From Dehalococcoidia bacterium (lineage in GTDB: Bacteria > Chloroflexota > Dehalococcoidia > SM23-28-2 > RBG-16-64-32), in NCBI GenBank assembly GCA_963665775.2, contig CAXXTF010000001.1:1-64000 (forward strand): a DNA stretch of 64,000 nucleotides. The letters run 5' to 3'. Positions 1-10,207 of the stretch are shown here, in pieces (positions within the stretch are counted from its first letter, which is position 1; the number at the start of each line of letters is the position of its first letter). The translations under genes were made by a program, and so were the position numbers. The notes under the pieces are model-generated. The model saw only the letters and a program-made list of their open reading frames with translations, made no database searches and had not been told where the DNA came from.

Positions 1-514
1 TCCCGCGCTCGACGAAGAGCTGGGCCAGCTCTGCCAGCACGTCATCACTGGTGATCTGCCTCGCCACCTGGATAGCCAGGCACTCCCTTGTGAACTCGTC
101 CAGCACCGTCAAGAGCCGCAGGGGACGGCCGTCGCTGGTGCGGGTAAACACGAAGTCGTAGCTCCAGACGTGGTTGGGCTCAGTCGGCCTGAGCCTAACG
201 CAGGAGCCATCGGTCAGCCATAGCCGCCTCCGCTTCGGCTGCTTCGCCGGCACCTTCAGCCCTTCCCGCCGCCAGAGTCGCTCTACCCGCTTGTGGTTCA
301 CCCGAAAACCCTCCTCTCGCAGCAGGGCGGTCACCCGTCGGTAACCGTAGCGCCCGTACTCGGTCGCTAGCTCCACCATCCGCCTCAGCAGCCTCCCTTC
401 ATCGTCGGGAGGAGAACCCCACCGCCGCTGCGTCGATCGCTCCTGCCCCAGAACCTGGCAGGCCCGGCGCTCCGAGACGACCGCGTGGCCCAACGCATTC
501 CGCACCCAGGCCAC
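1..514 (-). CDS. IS3-family transposase OrfB (partial, 3' end outside the window)
   Basis: Nearly identical to orfB at 27177..28040 (YGRYGYRR, WSYDF, LTVLDEFTRECL). Confidence 0.9.
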   Translation of the reverse strand, partial: MAWVRNALGHAVVSERRACQVLGQERSTQRRWGSPPDDEGRLLRRMVELATEYGRYGYRRVTALLREEGFRVNHKRVERLWRREGLKVPAKQPKRRRLWLTDGSCVRLRPTEPNHVWSYDFVFTRTSDGRPLRLLTVLDEFTRECLAIQVARQITSDDVLAELAQLFVERG

Positions 515-537
515 CGCCTGCCGTCTCTTCGCCGGGC

Positions 538-816
538 TCAGAAGTCTCCCTGCACCGCCTCCTTAAGGATGGCGTTGTCCAGGGAGAGGTTTGCTACCAG
601 CTTCTTCAGCCGCAGGTTCTCCTGCTCCAGCTCCCGCAGCCGCTTGGCCTGCTCCCTCCTCAGGCCGCCATACTCCTTCCGCCAGCGGTAGTAGGTCTGC
701 TCTGCCACGCCCAGCTTCCTGCAGACCTCTGGCACGGCCAGGCCCTTAGCCAGCCCAACCTCCGCCTCCCTCAACTTGTTGATGATCTCCTCTGCCGTGT
801 GACGCTGCCTGCCCAA
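538..816 (-). CDS. IS3-family transposase OrfA (HTH + leucine zipper)
   Basis: HTAEEIINKLREAE...QTYYRWRKEYGG...LEQENLRLKKLVA; typical IS3 OrfA. Confidence 0.95.
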   Translation of the reverse strand: MGRQRHTAEEIINKLREAEVGLAKGLAVPEVCRKLGVAEQTYYRWRKEYGGLRREQAKRLRELEQENLRLKKLVANLSLDNAILKEAVQGDF

Positions 817-894
817 GCCTTCTGCCCCCTTTCTCTGGTCCAGAACCCCTGATTACTAACATTGGGCCTGGACTCGTTTTCGGGGGCAAGGTCA

Positions 895-2880
895 GCCGAG
901 GAGGTGGCGGAACTGCGCGGCCGGGCGAACGAGGCCGCTGCCCTCGCCTTCTGGTTTGCCATCATCGGCGGCCTCGGGGGCGTCGTCATAGCGCTGGCCG
1001 TAGCGGCCCTCATCGCCCGCTCCATCCTGCAACCACTATCGTCGTTGAAGTCCGCCGCCCTAGCTGTGGCTAAGGGCGACCTGGAGATGCGGGCACCTGT
1101 TTCTGGCCCTCAGGAGCTGGCACAACTGGGCACATCCCTTAACCAGATGACGGAATCCCTGCTGGACGCCTCAAAGCGGCGGGAGCTGGAGGAGGAGCGC
1201 GAGCAGGCGGAGGAGATGTTCAAGACGCTCGCCAACAGCTCGCCGATTGGCATCTTTGTTGCGCAGGACGGCAAATTTCAGTTCGTTAACCCCCAGTTCC
1301 AGACCTATACGGGCTACAGCGAAGATGAATTGCTGGACACGGAATGTTTGAAGCTTGTCCTTCCCGAGGATCGACGTACTGTCAGGGAAAACGCGATAAA
1401 GATGTTGAAGGGCGAAGGCTCCTCCCCGTACGAATATAGGGTGATCACCAAGGGCGGGGAGACCATATGGATTATGGAGAAGGTAGCTTCCATCCATTAC
1501 CAAGGGAGAATAGCGACGCTCGGATACTATATGGACATTAGCGAGCGCAAGCAGGCAGAAGAGATCATCAGGCATCTGGCGTACCATGATGAACTCACAG
1601 GCCTGCCCAACCGAAAACTACTCAAGGATCGACTCGATATCGCGTTGGCTCAGGCCCGGCGCCAACAGTCGAAAGTAGCGATGATGTTCCTTGATCTGGA
1701 TGGCTTCAAGATCATCAACGACACTCTCGGGCATGTCAAGGGAGACCAGATCCTACAGATGGTTGGCGCCCGCCTCATGGGCGTGCTCCGGGAAGGTGAC
1801 ACGGTGGCTCGCATGGGAGGCGACGAGTTCGCGCTGCTATTCCCTGCCGCGACCGAGACGGAAGAGGCGCTTCGGATCGCCGATAGAGTCGCTAAGGGGT
1901 TTGACCGACCATTCGTAGTCGACGGCCAAGAATTCAATGTTACCGCCAGCATTGGTGTGGCCTTGTACCCCGACCATGCCGCCAGCGCCGAAGGCCTTAT
2001 CAAGAGTGCAGACATGGCCATGTATCGGGCGAGGGATCGGGGCCCAGGCCACTCAGAGCTGTTTAGCCCAGTCTTGCGAGGCGAACGTACCGATAGGCCG
2101 GTCCGAGAAAGCGACCTCCGGGAGGCTTTGAAGAGGAACGACTTCGTGATCCACTACCAGCCTCAGGTTGATGTCCGATCAGGGAAGGTGGTGGGTGCAG
2201 AAGCACTGGTTCGCTGGCAGCACCCTGTGCGAGGCACTATCTTCCCCGACGACTTTATCCCCCTAGCTGAAGAGACTGGCTTGATTCTGCCGCTTGGCGA
2301 ATGGGTCTTGCGCACCGCCTGCGCCCAGAATAAGGCCTGGCCAGAGGCCCGGGCCTATCCAATACGTATGGCGGTGAACATCTCGCCCCGTCAGTTTCGA
2401 GATCCCGACCTGGTGAGAAGGGTAACGGAGGCACTGAACGAGGCGGGCCTTGCGCCCAACCGTCTGATGCTTGAGGTCACCGGGCACGCTGTTATCCAAG
2501 ACATCGACGTCGCCTTGGCGACACTAGAGCAACTGCATGTACTTGGAGTCGAGGCTGCGCTAGATGATTTTGGCTCTGGACTTTCTTCGCTTAGCCGTCT
2601 TCAGGACCTTCCCGTACAGGCTTTGAAGATTGATCGAGCGCTCTTGCGAGATGTCGTCACCTCTCACGAGCAGGCGGCGATTGCTGCAGGCGCCATAGCC
2701 GTGGCCCATAAACTGGGCCTCAGGGTGATTGCCGAAGGAGTAGAGACCCAAGAACAGCTCGCGTTCCTCAAAGAGCAGGGCTGCGATGAATACCAGGGAT
2801 ATCTATTCAGTAAGCCATGGCCGGCCAAGGCTTTTGAGTGGAATTTCTCCTCCGGTAGACGCCGGTCAGTTTCGGTTTAA
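895..2880 (+). pseudogene. 3' part of an IS-disrupted TM-HAMP-PAS-GGDEF-EAL diguanylate cyclase/phosphodiesterase
   Basis: TM helix, HAMP (ILQPLSSL...AKGDL), PAS, RxxD I-site plus GGDEF (REGDTVARMGGDEF), EAL (EALVRW, DDFG, EGVE); the ORF-track start at 862 lies inside the IS; the 5' half is at 28070..28634. Confidence 0.92.
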
Positions 2881-2920
2881 GGTCGGCAGCCACGGTAAGG
2901 CCGAAGCCGGCTCCAACGCA

Positions 2921-2952
2921 GGCCGCGGGTTCGAGTCCTGCCGCCTACGCCA
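2921..2952 (+). other. tRNA-like 3' fragment (T-arm + acceptor strand + CCA), possible degenerate att scar
   Basis: GCGGG-TTCGAGT-CCTGC-CGCCTAC-G-CCA, with no intact D arm or acceptor 5' strand upstream. Confidence 0.45.
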
Positions 2953-3150
2953 GCCCGCAGACATAATGTCGTCCCGTAGCCGGTGCGCTCTGGCCGATCC
3001 AGCGCTCGTTGATCACCTTGGCATATACCCCCTCTCCTGGAGCGCCTCCGGGCCTGAGCTGACGGTTCCGATATTGTTGACGGTGGTTCGGGGCACACCT
3101 ATGATTGTTCGGGCGACCCGATGGGACTCTAGCGAAGGAGCGACCCGATC

Positions 3151-3888
3151 GTGTGGTTAAAGTGGTCCTGCAGGAAGTGGTCCCGCAGGCAGTGGCCCTG
3201 CGGGAGATGGTCCCGCAGGAGATGGCTCCTGGTGGGCTTGTTAGCCATCGCCGTGGCGGCCAGCGGAGCGTGCGCCTCTGGAGAGTGGGATGACGAGACG
3301 AGCTTCATCCTGGAGAAGGCGGATCAGGGTGACACGGCGGCTATCGAGTACGAGGGTGAGCTCCTGGTTGACGCAGATGATGTGCTGGCGCTCTTCGCGG
3401 CGGTCCACGCTGCCGATACAGAAGAGGAGCAGCGCCAGCTCGTATTGAGGTATCTCAAGAGGCAGGACTGGACCGGCTGCCTCCTCGACAAGTTCGAGGA
3501 GGCTGATGAGGACTCAAAAGAGATCAAGTGCGGCGGCATGGTGATAGTCGAAAAGGGTGATGTATCGGAGTTGGCGGCCGGTGTGCGCTCCCTAGCAGGC
3601 GATGAGGAGAGGACGGACTTCGTGGCCACCTACGTGGCCGAGTGGGCGGCGACGGAGCAGATCGACCGGGCGGTAGAGCGCCTGAAACAGATCAAGAACA
3701 CCCAGGGCATCCCGCTTATCGGGGGGATAATCGACTCGATTACCCGCTTCTCGATAACCTGGGAAGGCGAGTTGCTGATGCCCGAAGACGAAATCCCGGA
3801 CCTGCTCGAGCAGTTTCGTTCCCTCGATACTGACGCGGCCAAGAGAGATCTGGTGGAGACCTACCTGCGTGACAGGGGGAGGTTCTAG
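3151..3888 (+). CDS. Hypothetical lipoprotein with three internal repeats
   Basis: GAAGGAG RBS; hydrophobic stretch ending SGAC; three similar acidic helical segments. Confidence 0.7.
   Translation: MWLKWSCRKWSRRQWPCGRWSRRRWLLVGLLAIAVAASGACASGEWDDETSFILEKADQGDTAAIEYEGELLVDADDVLALFAAVHAADTEEEQRQLVLRYLKRQDWTGCLLDKFEEADEDSKEIKCGGMVIVEKGDVSELAAGVRSLAGDEERTDFVATYVAEWAATEQIDRAVERLKQIKNTQGIPLIGGIIDSITRFSITWEGELLMPEDEIPDLLEQFRSLDTDAAKRDLVETYLRDRGRF
3161..3225 (+). repeat. 15-bp tandem repeat (~4.3 copies)
   Basis: agtggtcctgcagga/agtggtcccgcaggc/agtggccctgcggga/gatggtcccgcagga. Confidence 0.85.
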
Positions 3889-3945
3889 GCACCATACGCG
3901 GAGCGGCCGCTGGGGCCAGGCCATCTACCGGAAGGGCGCCTGCAA

Positions 3946-3975
3946 TTGACACTGACGCAGGCAAACTTCTAAAAT
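3946..3975 (+). promoter_or_regulatory. Sigma70-type promoter of rpsU-yqeY
   Basis: TTGACA-N18-TAAAAT upstream of an AGGAGG RBS. Confidence 0.7.
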
Positions 3976-4015
3976 ACGCGGGAACGCCCAACATCCGATT
4001 CTAGGAGGACCATTC

Positions 4016-4207
4016 TTGGCAGAGGTGCAGATCCGACCCAACGAGAGCTTTGAGCAAGCGCTGAAACGGTTCAACAAGCTAGTACAGCAGACGGGTGTAT
4101 TGGCTGAAGCCCGTCGGCGCGAACATTTCGAATCCCCCAGCGCATACCGGAAGAAGAAAGCAGCGGCCAAGCGTCGCAAGAGCCTCAAGAACAGCCAGCG
4201 CGGTTAG
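4016..4207 (+). CDS. rpsU: 30S ribosomal protein S21
   Basis: ESFEQALKRF...EARRREHFESPS...KKKAAAKRR. Confidence 0.95.
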   Translation: MAEVQIRPNESFEQALKRFNKLVQQTGVLAEARRREHFESPSAYRKKKAAAKRRKSLKNSQRG

Positions 4208-4245
4208 ACGCGGATTCCCCATCAACGGCCGAAAGGCCAGCCCAC

Positions 4246-4698
4246 ATGTCCCTCAAAGAGCAGTTGGCCAACGATCTCAAGGATGCCATCCGGGGCAGGG
4301 ATGAGCCCCGCAAGACCGCCATCCGGATGGTGACCTGGTCTCTGAAAAACGCGGAGGTGGCGGCGGGCAAACCGCTGGCCGACCCCGATGTGCTGGCGAT
4401 CATCGCTAAGCAGGTGAAGCAGCGCCGGGAAAGCATCGAGGAGTTCCAGAAAGGGTCTCGCCAGGACCTCGTGGATAAGGAAGCGGCGGAGATGCTAGTA
4501 CTGGAAGATTACCTTCCGCCGGCGATGGGCCGCCAGGAGATCGTCGAGGAAGCACGGAAGGTTATCGCGGAAGTGGGCGCGGGCGCGCCCAGCGATAAGG
4601 GGAAGGTAATGCCCGTGCTCATAGCCCGGCTGGCCGGCCGCGCCGATGGCAGGACCATAAACGAGGTTGTGACGGAGCTCCTGGCCTCCGCGGTCTGA
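4246..4698 (+). CDS. yqeY: GatB/YqeY domain protein
   Basis: KQVKQRRESIEEF, DKGKVM, GRADG; usual position after rpsU. Confidence 0.92.
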   Translation: MSLKEQLANDLKDAIRGRDEPRKTAIRMVTWSLKNAEVAAGKPLADPDVLAIIAKQVKQRRESIEEFQKGSRQDLVDKEAAEMLVLEDYLPPAMGRQEIVEEARKVIAEVGAGAPSDKGKVMPVLIARLAGRADGRTINEVVTELLASAV

Positions 4699-5020
4699 CC
4701 GGAGCGGCAATCTCCGACCGGCTGTCGCGGCAACAGCCGCTGCCCTTAGCAACATCGGGTCGACTCGCCCGGCTTTAGTTGTCCTGAACGTTACCCTCTT
4801 CCCTGATGGTTTCGCCCTTCCTCCTCGGCCTTGCTGTTGGCCGGCCCGTGTGAATCCGGACAGCCGCATCGACCGTAGTCGTAGTTGAAGCGGGCGTCCT
4901 CAATCGGGTGGGGCTGCACGGTCTTCGGTTTCGGTGTTTCGTGATTCTGCGGCCCGGCGTCGGCCCGGCGTCGGCCCGGCCGGGCGGAATTCTTGAGTTG
5001 CGTGGGGTAGGAATAGGGGC

Positions 5021-5740
5021 ATGAGCAAACGGAGGAAGGCGGCTGCCAAGGCGAAGGCGGACAAGGCTAAGCGGAGGCAGGCTTCACGACACAGTAGTTG
5101 GCTTCGTCGGTGGCCATACTTGGCAGTCGGCGGCGTCGCGGCGGTGTTCATCGCCGCCCTTTTTCTGATCAGCGGCGGTGGGAGCACCGCGGCCGTCTAC
5201 CCTGACGGATACGAACCCCCGACCTTAGGCTCGCCGGACGCGCCTGTCGAGATGGTCTTGTGGGAGGACTTCCAGTGCCCCTTCTGTGGGCGCTTCGAGC
5301 GGGAGACGCTCCCCCTGCTCGTACGGCGCTACGGCGATACCGGCCAGGTGCGATTCGTCTGGCGCAACTTCGAGAACTACGGCGGCGAGTCCCGCGATGC
5401 CGCTATCGCCGCTTACTGCGCCGGCGAGCAGGGCCAGTTCTGGGAGTTCAAGGACACCCTCTTCCGGGAACAGCGCGGCATCAACCAGGGCGCATTTAGC
5501 GAAAACAACCTCCGACGGTTCGCCGAGGAAGCCGGCTTGGAGACTACCGCCTTCAACGCCTGCCTCGACGGGAGGAGCTACGAGTCCGTCATCGTTGCCG
5601 ACAAGCAGCTCGGCCGCGGCGAGTTCAGCGTCGCCGGTACTCCCACCTTCTTCATCAACGGTCTGAGAGTCGGCGGCGCCCAACCCATCGATACCTTTGT
5701 AGGCATTATCGAGAACGCCCTCACGCGAGCCGGACAGTAG
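5021..5740 (+). CDS. DsbA-family thioredoxin-fold protein, membrane anchored
   Basis: DFQCPFC active site, GTPTFFING cis-Pro loop, N-terminal TM helix. Confidence 0.92.
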   Translation: MSKRRKAAAKAKADKAKRRQASRHSSWLRRWPYLAVGGVAAVFIAALFLISGGGSTAAVYPDGYEPPTLGSPDAPVEMVLWEDFQCPFCGRFERETLPLLVRRYGDTGQVRFVWRNFENYGGESRDAAIAAYCAGEQGQFWEFKDTLFREQRGINQGAFSENNLRRFAEEAGLETTAFNACLDGRSYESVIVADKQLGRGEFSVAGTPTFFINGLRVGGAQPIDTFVGIIENALTRAGQ

Positions 5741-5758
5741 CGGCCGGCGCTTCGGCGC

Positions 5759-6652
5759 ATGCTTGAGGTCTCCTTCGCAGCGGCCTTCATCGGCGGGGTT
5801 CTCTCGCTGCTCTCTCCCTGCAGTTCGCTGCTTCTCCCCGCCTTCTTCGCCTACGCATTCCAGAACAAGCGCGAGCTTACGATCCGCACCGGGATCTTTT
5901 TTCTGGGATTGAGCAGCATCTTCGTGCCCCTGGGCATGGGTGCTTCCCTCGCCACCTCTCTGTTTCAGGACCATCGCGGCACGATGATCATCGTAGCCGG
6001 GATCGTCCTCATCGCCTTCGGCGTCATGGAGCTGCTCGGGCGCACGTTCTCTTTCGGACGGGTCGGTGGCACCGGCGGTGTCCAGGAGAGCCGTGGCTTG
6101 TTCGGCTCCTACGTCCTGGGCCTGGTCTACGGCTTCGGCGGATTCTGCTCGGGGCCTATCCTGGGCTCCGTTCTCACGGTCGCCGCCACGGACGACAATG
6201 TCGCCAGGGGCGGTGGCCTTCTCGCCACATATGCGCTCGGAACCGTTGTCCCTCTCTTCCTGCTGGCCATCTTCTGGGACCGGTTCAAGCTTGGCGAGAA
6301 GCGGTGGCTGCGTGGCCGCGGCCTGATGCTCGGTCCCATCACTGTCCACAGCACCCAGGCCATTGCGGGCGTCATCTTCATCGTTCTGGGCCTGGCCTTT
6401 ATCCTTCTAGAGGGGACCACGTCCTTGGCAGGCGTCTACGAGAGCTGGGGCTTCACGGAGCTCTCGTTCAAGGCTGATACCTGGGCCAGGGACACCGTCT
6501 CAGTGCTGCCGGACACCCTCCTTCTGGCCATCCTCGGCGGAGCGGCTGCGGCGGTCATCATCTGGTACTTCCTCCGTCGTATGCGGGCTTCCAACCGGGA
6601 GGAAGGGGCTGGGCCGACCGAGGAGACGCTGTCCGAGCACGACAGCGCGTAG
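5759..6652 (+). CDS. ccdA: Cytochrome c biogenesis CcdA/DsbD-family membrane protein
   Basis: LSPCSSLLLP and FCSGPILG motifs, multiple TM helices, next to a DsbA-like gene. Confidence 0.88.
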   Translation: MLEVSFAAAFIGGVLSLLSPCSSLLLPAFFAYAFQNKRELTIRTGIFFLGLSSIFVPLGMGASLATSLFQDHRGTMIIVAGIVLIAFGVMELLGRTFSFGRVGGTGGVQESRGLFGSYVLGLVYGFGGFCSGPILGSVLTVAATDDNVARGGGLLATYALGTVVPLFLLAIFWDRFKLGEKRWLRGRGLMLGPITVHSTQAIAGVIFIVLGLAFILLEGTTSLAGVYESWGFTELSFKADTWARDTVSVLPDTLLLAILGGAAAAVIIWYFLRRMRASNREEGAGPTEETLSEHDSA

Positions 6653-6792
6653 AACGGGTTCCCCTTGCAAGGGGAGGCGCTCTCCCTAGGTCTAAGTCTA
6701 GGTCATCCAGGCTCGCGTACCGGGCGGGGCGAATAGGGAGGGGAGAGTTGTCTGAGTTCGGTCTGGTAGTGATCGGCGCCGGTGGTGGGGGT

Positions 6793-7254
6793 TCACATCT
6801 TCCAGGTAAATATCTTGGACGGCACCACCTGGCAGAGGACGGCGCCGCGCTCCCCGCCAAACGTTTCGCGCTGAGCGGCGCGGACCCGATCGATCTCCTC
6901 GCCGTCATCCGTCGAGAGGAACCGCACGGAGCCGTGTATGAATACGTGGCGCTGCCAGGGCAGCTCGACGGCCGCCACGGCGATCTTAGGGTTGTGTCGC
7001 AGATTTCGATAAAGGGCGGTGCGTTCAAAGGTGCCGACGTAGATTTTGCCGTCCAGGGCGAGGATATATACGGCGGTGATGTGGGGAGCGCCCGATCGAG
7101 TCACGGTGGAGACGAGGCCGACATGGGTGTCGCGCAGGAAACCCACAGCCTCCTCGGCCGACATCGCGCGTGAGCCACAGAAGACGTTTTTCGTATGGGA
7201 AGTCGCCTCTTCGATGGACCGGCTAAGTATTTGGGCCAGGTCGATCTCTGCCAT
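6793..7254 (-). CDS. Pyridoxamine 5'-phosphate oxidase-family (PPOX-like) protein
   Basis: STVTRSGAPH...RNLRHNPKIAV split-barrel signature. Confidence 0.8.
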   Translation of the reverse strand: MAEIDLAQILSRSIEEATSHTKNVFCGSRAMSAEEAVGFLRDTHVGLVSTVTRSGAPHITAVYILALDGKIYVGTFERTALYRNLRHNPKIAVAAVELPWQRHVFIHGSVRFLSTDDGEEIDRVRAAQRETFGGERGAVLCQVVPSKIFTWKM

Positions 7255-7409
7255 GGAACGTCCTCCTCAACTGGATGGTGAAGGTGGCCGCCTCCCTCTG
7301 AGCGGTACCTTAGCGTCCCGCAGGGAGCGCGGAAAAGCGGGCTCGGGTGGCGTTGCCGGGGCGTCTCGGCCTATCCGAATGGCCAGAGGTGTGGAGTGAA
7401 CGGAGGGAT

Positions 7410-7485
7410 TGGTGGAGATAGCGGGGCTCGAACCCGCAACCTCGGCGATGCGAACGCCGCGCTCTCCCAATTGAGCTATATCCCC
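7410..7485 (-). tRNA. tRNA-Ala(CGC)
   Basis: GGGGATATAGCTCAATTGGGAGAGCG-CGGCG-TTCGCAT-CGCCG...GGTTCGAGCCC...CTCCACCA; 76 nt. Confidence 0.97.
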
Positions 7486-7499
7486 GCCCCTTCCCCTAG

Positions 7500-7529
7500 A
7501 TTATAGGAATGGGTCCGGAAGCGCGTCAA
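7500..7529 (-). promoter_or_regulatory. Sigma70-type promoter of tRNA-Ala
   Basis: TTGACG-N18-TATAAT on the minus strand. Confidence 0.7.
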
Positions 7530-7544
7530 GGAGAAGGGGGAAGG

Positions 7545-8075
7545 CTAGCGCCGCCGCCGATCGTTGCGCTCCGGCGGGATGAGCCCCGGCACCACCTCGA
7601 TGGTCATGACGCCGCCCCGAACGTCTATCGCCTTGACGATGTCATCTATGGCCGGCACGAGGATCTCACCCCTGGGTCCCTGGACTACGAACAGATCGTT
7701 GCTGGGGGTCGTATCGACGCCGATGATCCGACCCAGGGGCTCGCCGCTGTCACTGCGGACGGAGAGGCCGATGAGCTGGAAGCGGTAGTACCGGTCATCT
7801 TCCAGGGGTTCCAGCTCCCCCTCCGGCACCTGAAGGTAGTGCTGCCCTAGAGGTTTCGCCGCCGTGCGGTCGTCGATACCGGAGAGCTTGACGTGGAGCA
7901 AGCGACCGTGGAGGCGGCTGCACTCGACGGTGTGGGTCTGGCCGGCCACGAGGAGGCTGCGGCCGGGGGATAGGTAATGCTCGTCTGCGAGGGGGTCGAC
8001 CTTGAGGTCGCCGCGCGCTCCCCAGGGGGAGAGGATCAGGCCAACGGCCACGTAGCCGGCGGCGATATCGTCCAT
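7545..8075 (-). CDS. rimM: Ribosome maturation factor RimM
   Basis: PWGARGDLKV, YYRFQLIGLSV, EILVPAI; in the rpsP-khpA-rimM operon. Confidence 0.95.
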   Translation of the reverse strand: MDDIAAGYVAVGLILSPWGARGDLKVDPLADEHYLSPGRSLLVAGQTHTVECSRLHGRLLHVKLSGIDDRTAAKPLGQHYLQVPEGELEPLEDDRYYRFQLIGLSVRSDSGEPLGRIIGVDTTPSNDLFVVQGPRGEILVPAIDDIVKAIDVRGGVMTIEVVPGLIPPERNDRRRR

Positions 8076-8098
8076 GGCGGAGTCCAGTGCGGGAGCCG

Positions 8099-8326
8099 CT
8101 AACCGATCTCGAGGACGGCCCTGGCGCCGCGCCGGATGGCCGCAACCTTGAGCAGGGTACGCATGGCGTTGGCGATGCGGCCTTGCTTGCCGATGACCTT
8201 ACCCATATCGGACTCGGCGACCTTGAGATGGAAGATGATGTGGTCGCCGGCATCCTCTTCGGACACATCTACCTCGTCGGGGTAGTCGACGATGGCGCGG
8301 GCGATCAATTCGATGAGTTCCTTCAT
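8099..8326 (-). CDS. khpA: KH-domain RNA-binding protein KhpA
   Basis: DMGKVIGKQGRIANAMRTLL GxxG motif; synteny. Confidence 0.93.
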   Translation of the reverse strand: MKELIELIARAIVDYPDEVDVSEEDAGDHIIFHLKVAESDMGKVIGKQGRIANAMRTLLKVAAIRRGARAVLEIG

Positions 8327-8332
8327 GCGGAG

Positions 8333-8755
8333 TTACTCCGTGGGTTCAGGTTCTTGCTTGCGTTTGCCCTTGGTGGCGCCAGCTTTAGGCGCCGCCTTGG
8401 CCGCCGAAGCCTTCTTCTCGTCCGCCGGAGCCTTCGCCTCGGCAGCCGGAGCCTTCGTGTCGGCCTTGCCGGCAGCCGGTTTGATCTTGTACACGAAGGG
8501 TTGCTTGCCGGCTCTCTCCATGACGCCGGCCCGGGTGAGGAGCTTGGCCGCCGCCTCTGAGGGTTGGGCCCCCCTCTGGAGCCAGTGGATCGCTTGCTCC
8601 TCCTTGATCACGAGCGTGGCCGGATCGGTCAGGGGATCATAGTGCCCGATGATCTTGAGGAAGGCACCGTCGCGCGGTGAGCGGGAGTCGGCTACCACGA
8701 TGCGGTAGGCGGGCTGCTTCTTCTTACCAACTCTGGTTAGGCGGATCCGTAGCAA
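8333..8755 (-). CDS. rpsP: 30S ribosomal protein S16 with an Ala/Lys-rich C-terminal tail
   Basis: RIRLTRVGKKKQPAYRIVVADSRSPRDG. Confidence 0.97.
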   Translation of the reverse strand: MLRIRLTRVGKKKQPAYRIVVADSRSPRDGAFLKIIGHYDPLTDPATLVIKEEQAIHWLQRGAQPSEAAAKLLTRAGVMERAGKQPFVYKIKPAAGKADTKAPAAEAKAPADEKKASAAKAAPKAGATKGKRKQEPEPTE

Positions 8756-8789
8756 TTGGCACCTCCGTGGTGTGACTAGGGTTCATCGG

Positions 8790-10118
8790 CTACCGGAGGA
8801 ACGGCGAGAGATTGGGGCCGCGGCCGGAGCCGATCATCTGCATCATGCGTTTGGCCTCTCGGAACTGTTTTAGGAGTCGGTTGACGTCTGCTGGGCTGCT
8901 GCCGCTACCCGTAGCGATGCGGCGCCGCCGGCTGCCGTCGATGATGTCGGGGTGCTGGCGCTCTTCGGGGGTCATGGAGTAGATGATCGCCTCCACACCC
9001 TTGATGAAGTTGTCGTCCAACTGTTCAAGATTGACCTTGCCTTTGAGCTGGGAGAATCCGGGAATCAGTCCCATGACCTGGTTCAGGGGCCCCATTCGCT
9101 TGAGGCCCTGGTACTGCTGAAGGAAATCGTCCAGGGTGAGGGTGCCCTTCTTCATGCGCTGAGCGAGGGACGCCACGTCCTCCTCCGCGAACTCTTCCTT
9201 CGCCTTCTCGATCAGGGTGAGGATGTCGCCCATGCCCAGGATGCGGGAAGCGAAGCGATCCGGGTAGAAAGTCTCCAGGGCGTCCGCTTTCTCGCCGATG
9301 CCGACGAACTTTATGGGCACGCCGGTCACGACCCGGATGGAGAGGGCGGCACCGCCTCTGGCGTCGCCGTCCAGCTTGGTCAGGATGAGGCCGCTGAGCT
9401 CCACGGCCTTGGCGAACTCCTCTGCGGCGTGGACGGCCTCCTGGCCGGTCATGGCGTCGGCCACGAAGAGCGTCTCCGTGGGCTGAAGGAGTTGGTGTAG
9501 CTGTGTCAACCCCCGCAGCGTCTCGGAATCGAATTGGACGTAGCCCGCCGTGTCCACAATGACGGTCGAGGCGCCCGAGCGCTTGGCTTCCTGGAGCGCC
9601 TGCTTGCATACCTGCGTCGGCGGTACGCCGTCGTCGGCGGCGAAGGTGGGGATGTTGAGCTGCTTGCCGAGCGACGATAGCTGCTCGACGGCGGCCACCC
9701 TCTCGACGTCGGCGGCGACCATCAGGGGCTTCTCGCCCTGGCGGCGCAGGTGCAGGGCGAGCTTGGCGGCGGTGGTGGTCTTGCCGGAGCCCTTGAGACC
9801 CACCAGCATGACGGTGGTGGGCGGCGAAGCGGCCTTCTCCAGGCGGCTGTGTCCGCCTCCCAGCACCTCGATCAGCTGTTGTTGGACGATGTCGATGACC
9901 TGCTGCATGGGGGTGAGGCTCTTGGTGACCTCGGCCCCCAGGGCGCGCTCCTTGACCGTCTGCACAAACTCCCGGACGACCTTATGGTTGACGTCTGCCT
10001 CCAGGAGGGCCAGGCGCACCTCACGCAGGGCCTCGTCCAGCTCCTTGTCGGTGATGGTGCCGTGGTCGCCGAGGCGACGGAAGACCCCTTGCAGCTTATC
10101 GGTGAGGGATTCGAACAT
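8790..10118 (-). CDS. ffh: Signal recognition particle protein Ffh
   Basis: [31 protein letters not shown]-domain SRRRRIA. Confidence 0.97.
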   Translation of the reverse strand: MFESLTDKLQGVFRRLGDHGTITDKELDEALREVRLALLEADVNHKVVREFVQTVKERALGAEVTKSLTPMQQVIDIVQQQLIEVLGGGHSRLEKAASPPTTVMLVGLKGSGKTTTAAKLALHLRRQGEKPLMVAADVERVAAVEQLSSLGKQLNIPTFAADDGVPPTQVCKQALQEAKRSGASTVIVDTAGYVQFDSETLRGLTQLHQLLQPTETLFVADAMTGQEAVHAAEEFAKAVELSGLILTKLDGDARGGAALSIRVVTGVPIKFVGIGEKADALETFYPDRFASRILGMGDILTLIEKAKEEFAEEDVASLAQRMKKGTLTLDDFLQQYQGLKRMGPLNQVMGLIPGFSQLKGKVNLEQLDDNFIKGVEAIIYSMTPEERQHPDIIDGSRRRRIATGSGSSPADVNRLLKQFREAKRMMQMIGSGRGPNLSPFLR

Positions 10119-10207
10119 ACCTAGAGAATATTGCCTATGGAATAATGCCTACTGAGTAAGGAGATTGTAAGGGCGGGCCGGAAGAGCGTCAAGGAAATTG
10201 CGGGCCT

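Larger units (their letters stand above)
1..894 (-). mobile_element. IS3-family insertion sequence, copy 1 (runs off the window start)
   Basis: Reverse complement of the element at 26798..28069; left end TGACCTTGCCCCCGAAAACGAG ends at 894; contains orfA and the 5' part of orfB. Confidence 0.95.

Noticed and set aside
862-894. ORF-track start of the 672-aa GGDEF-EAL protein
   Set aside because: The first 11 codons are IS end sequence; the real N-terminus is at 28634 on the minus strand
4950-4980. 11-bp tandem repeat CGGCCCGGCGT
   Set aside because: Under three copies, GC-rich, no spacers; probably local slippage with no supportable function
5225-6349. 374-aa minus-strand ORF
   Set aside because: Antisense shadow of the dsbA-like and ccdA genes, typical of high-GC DNA
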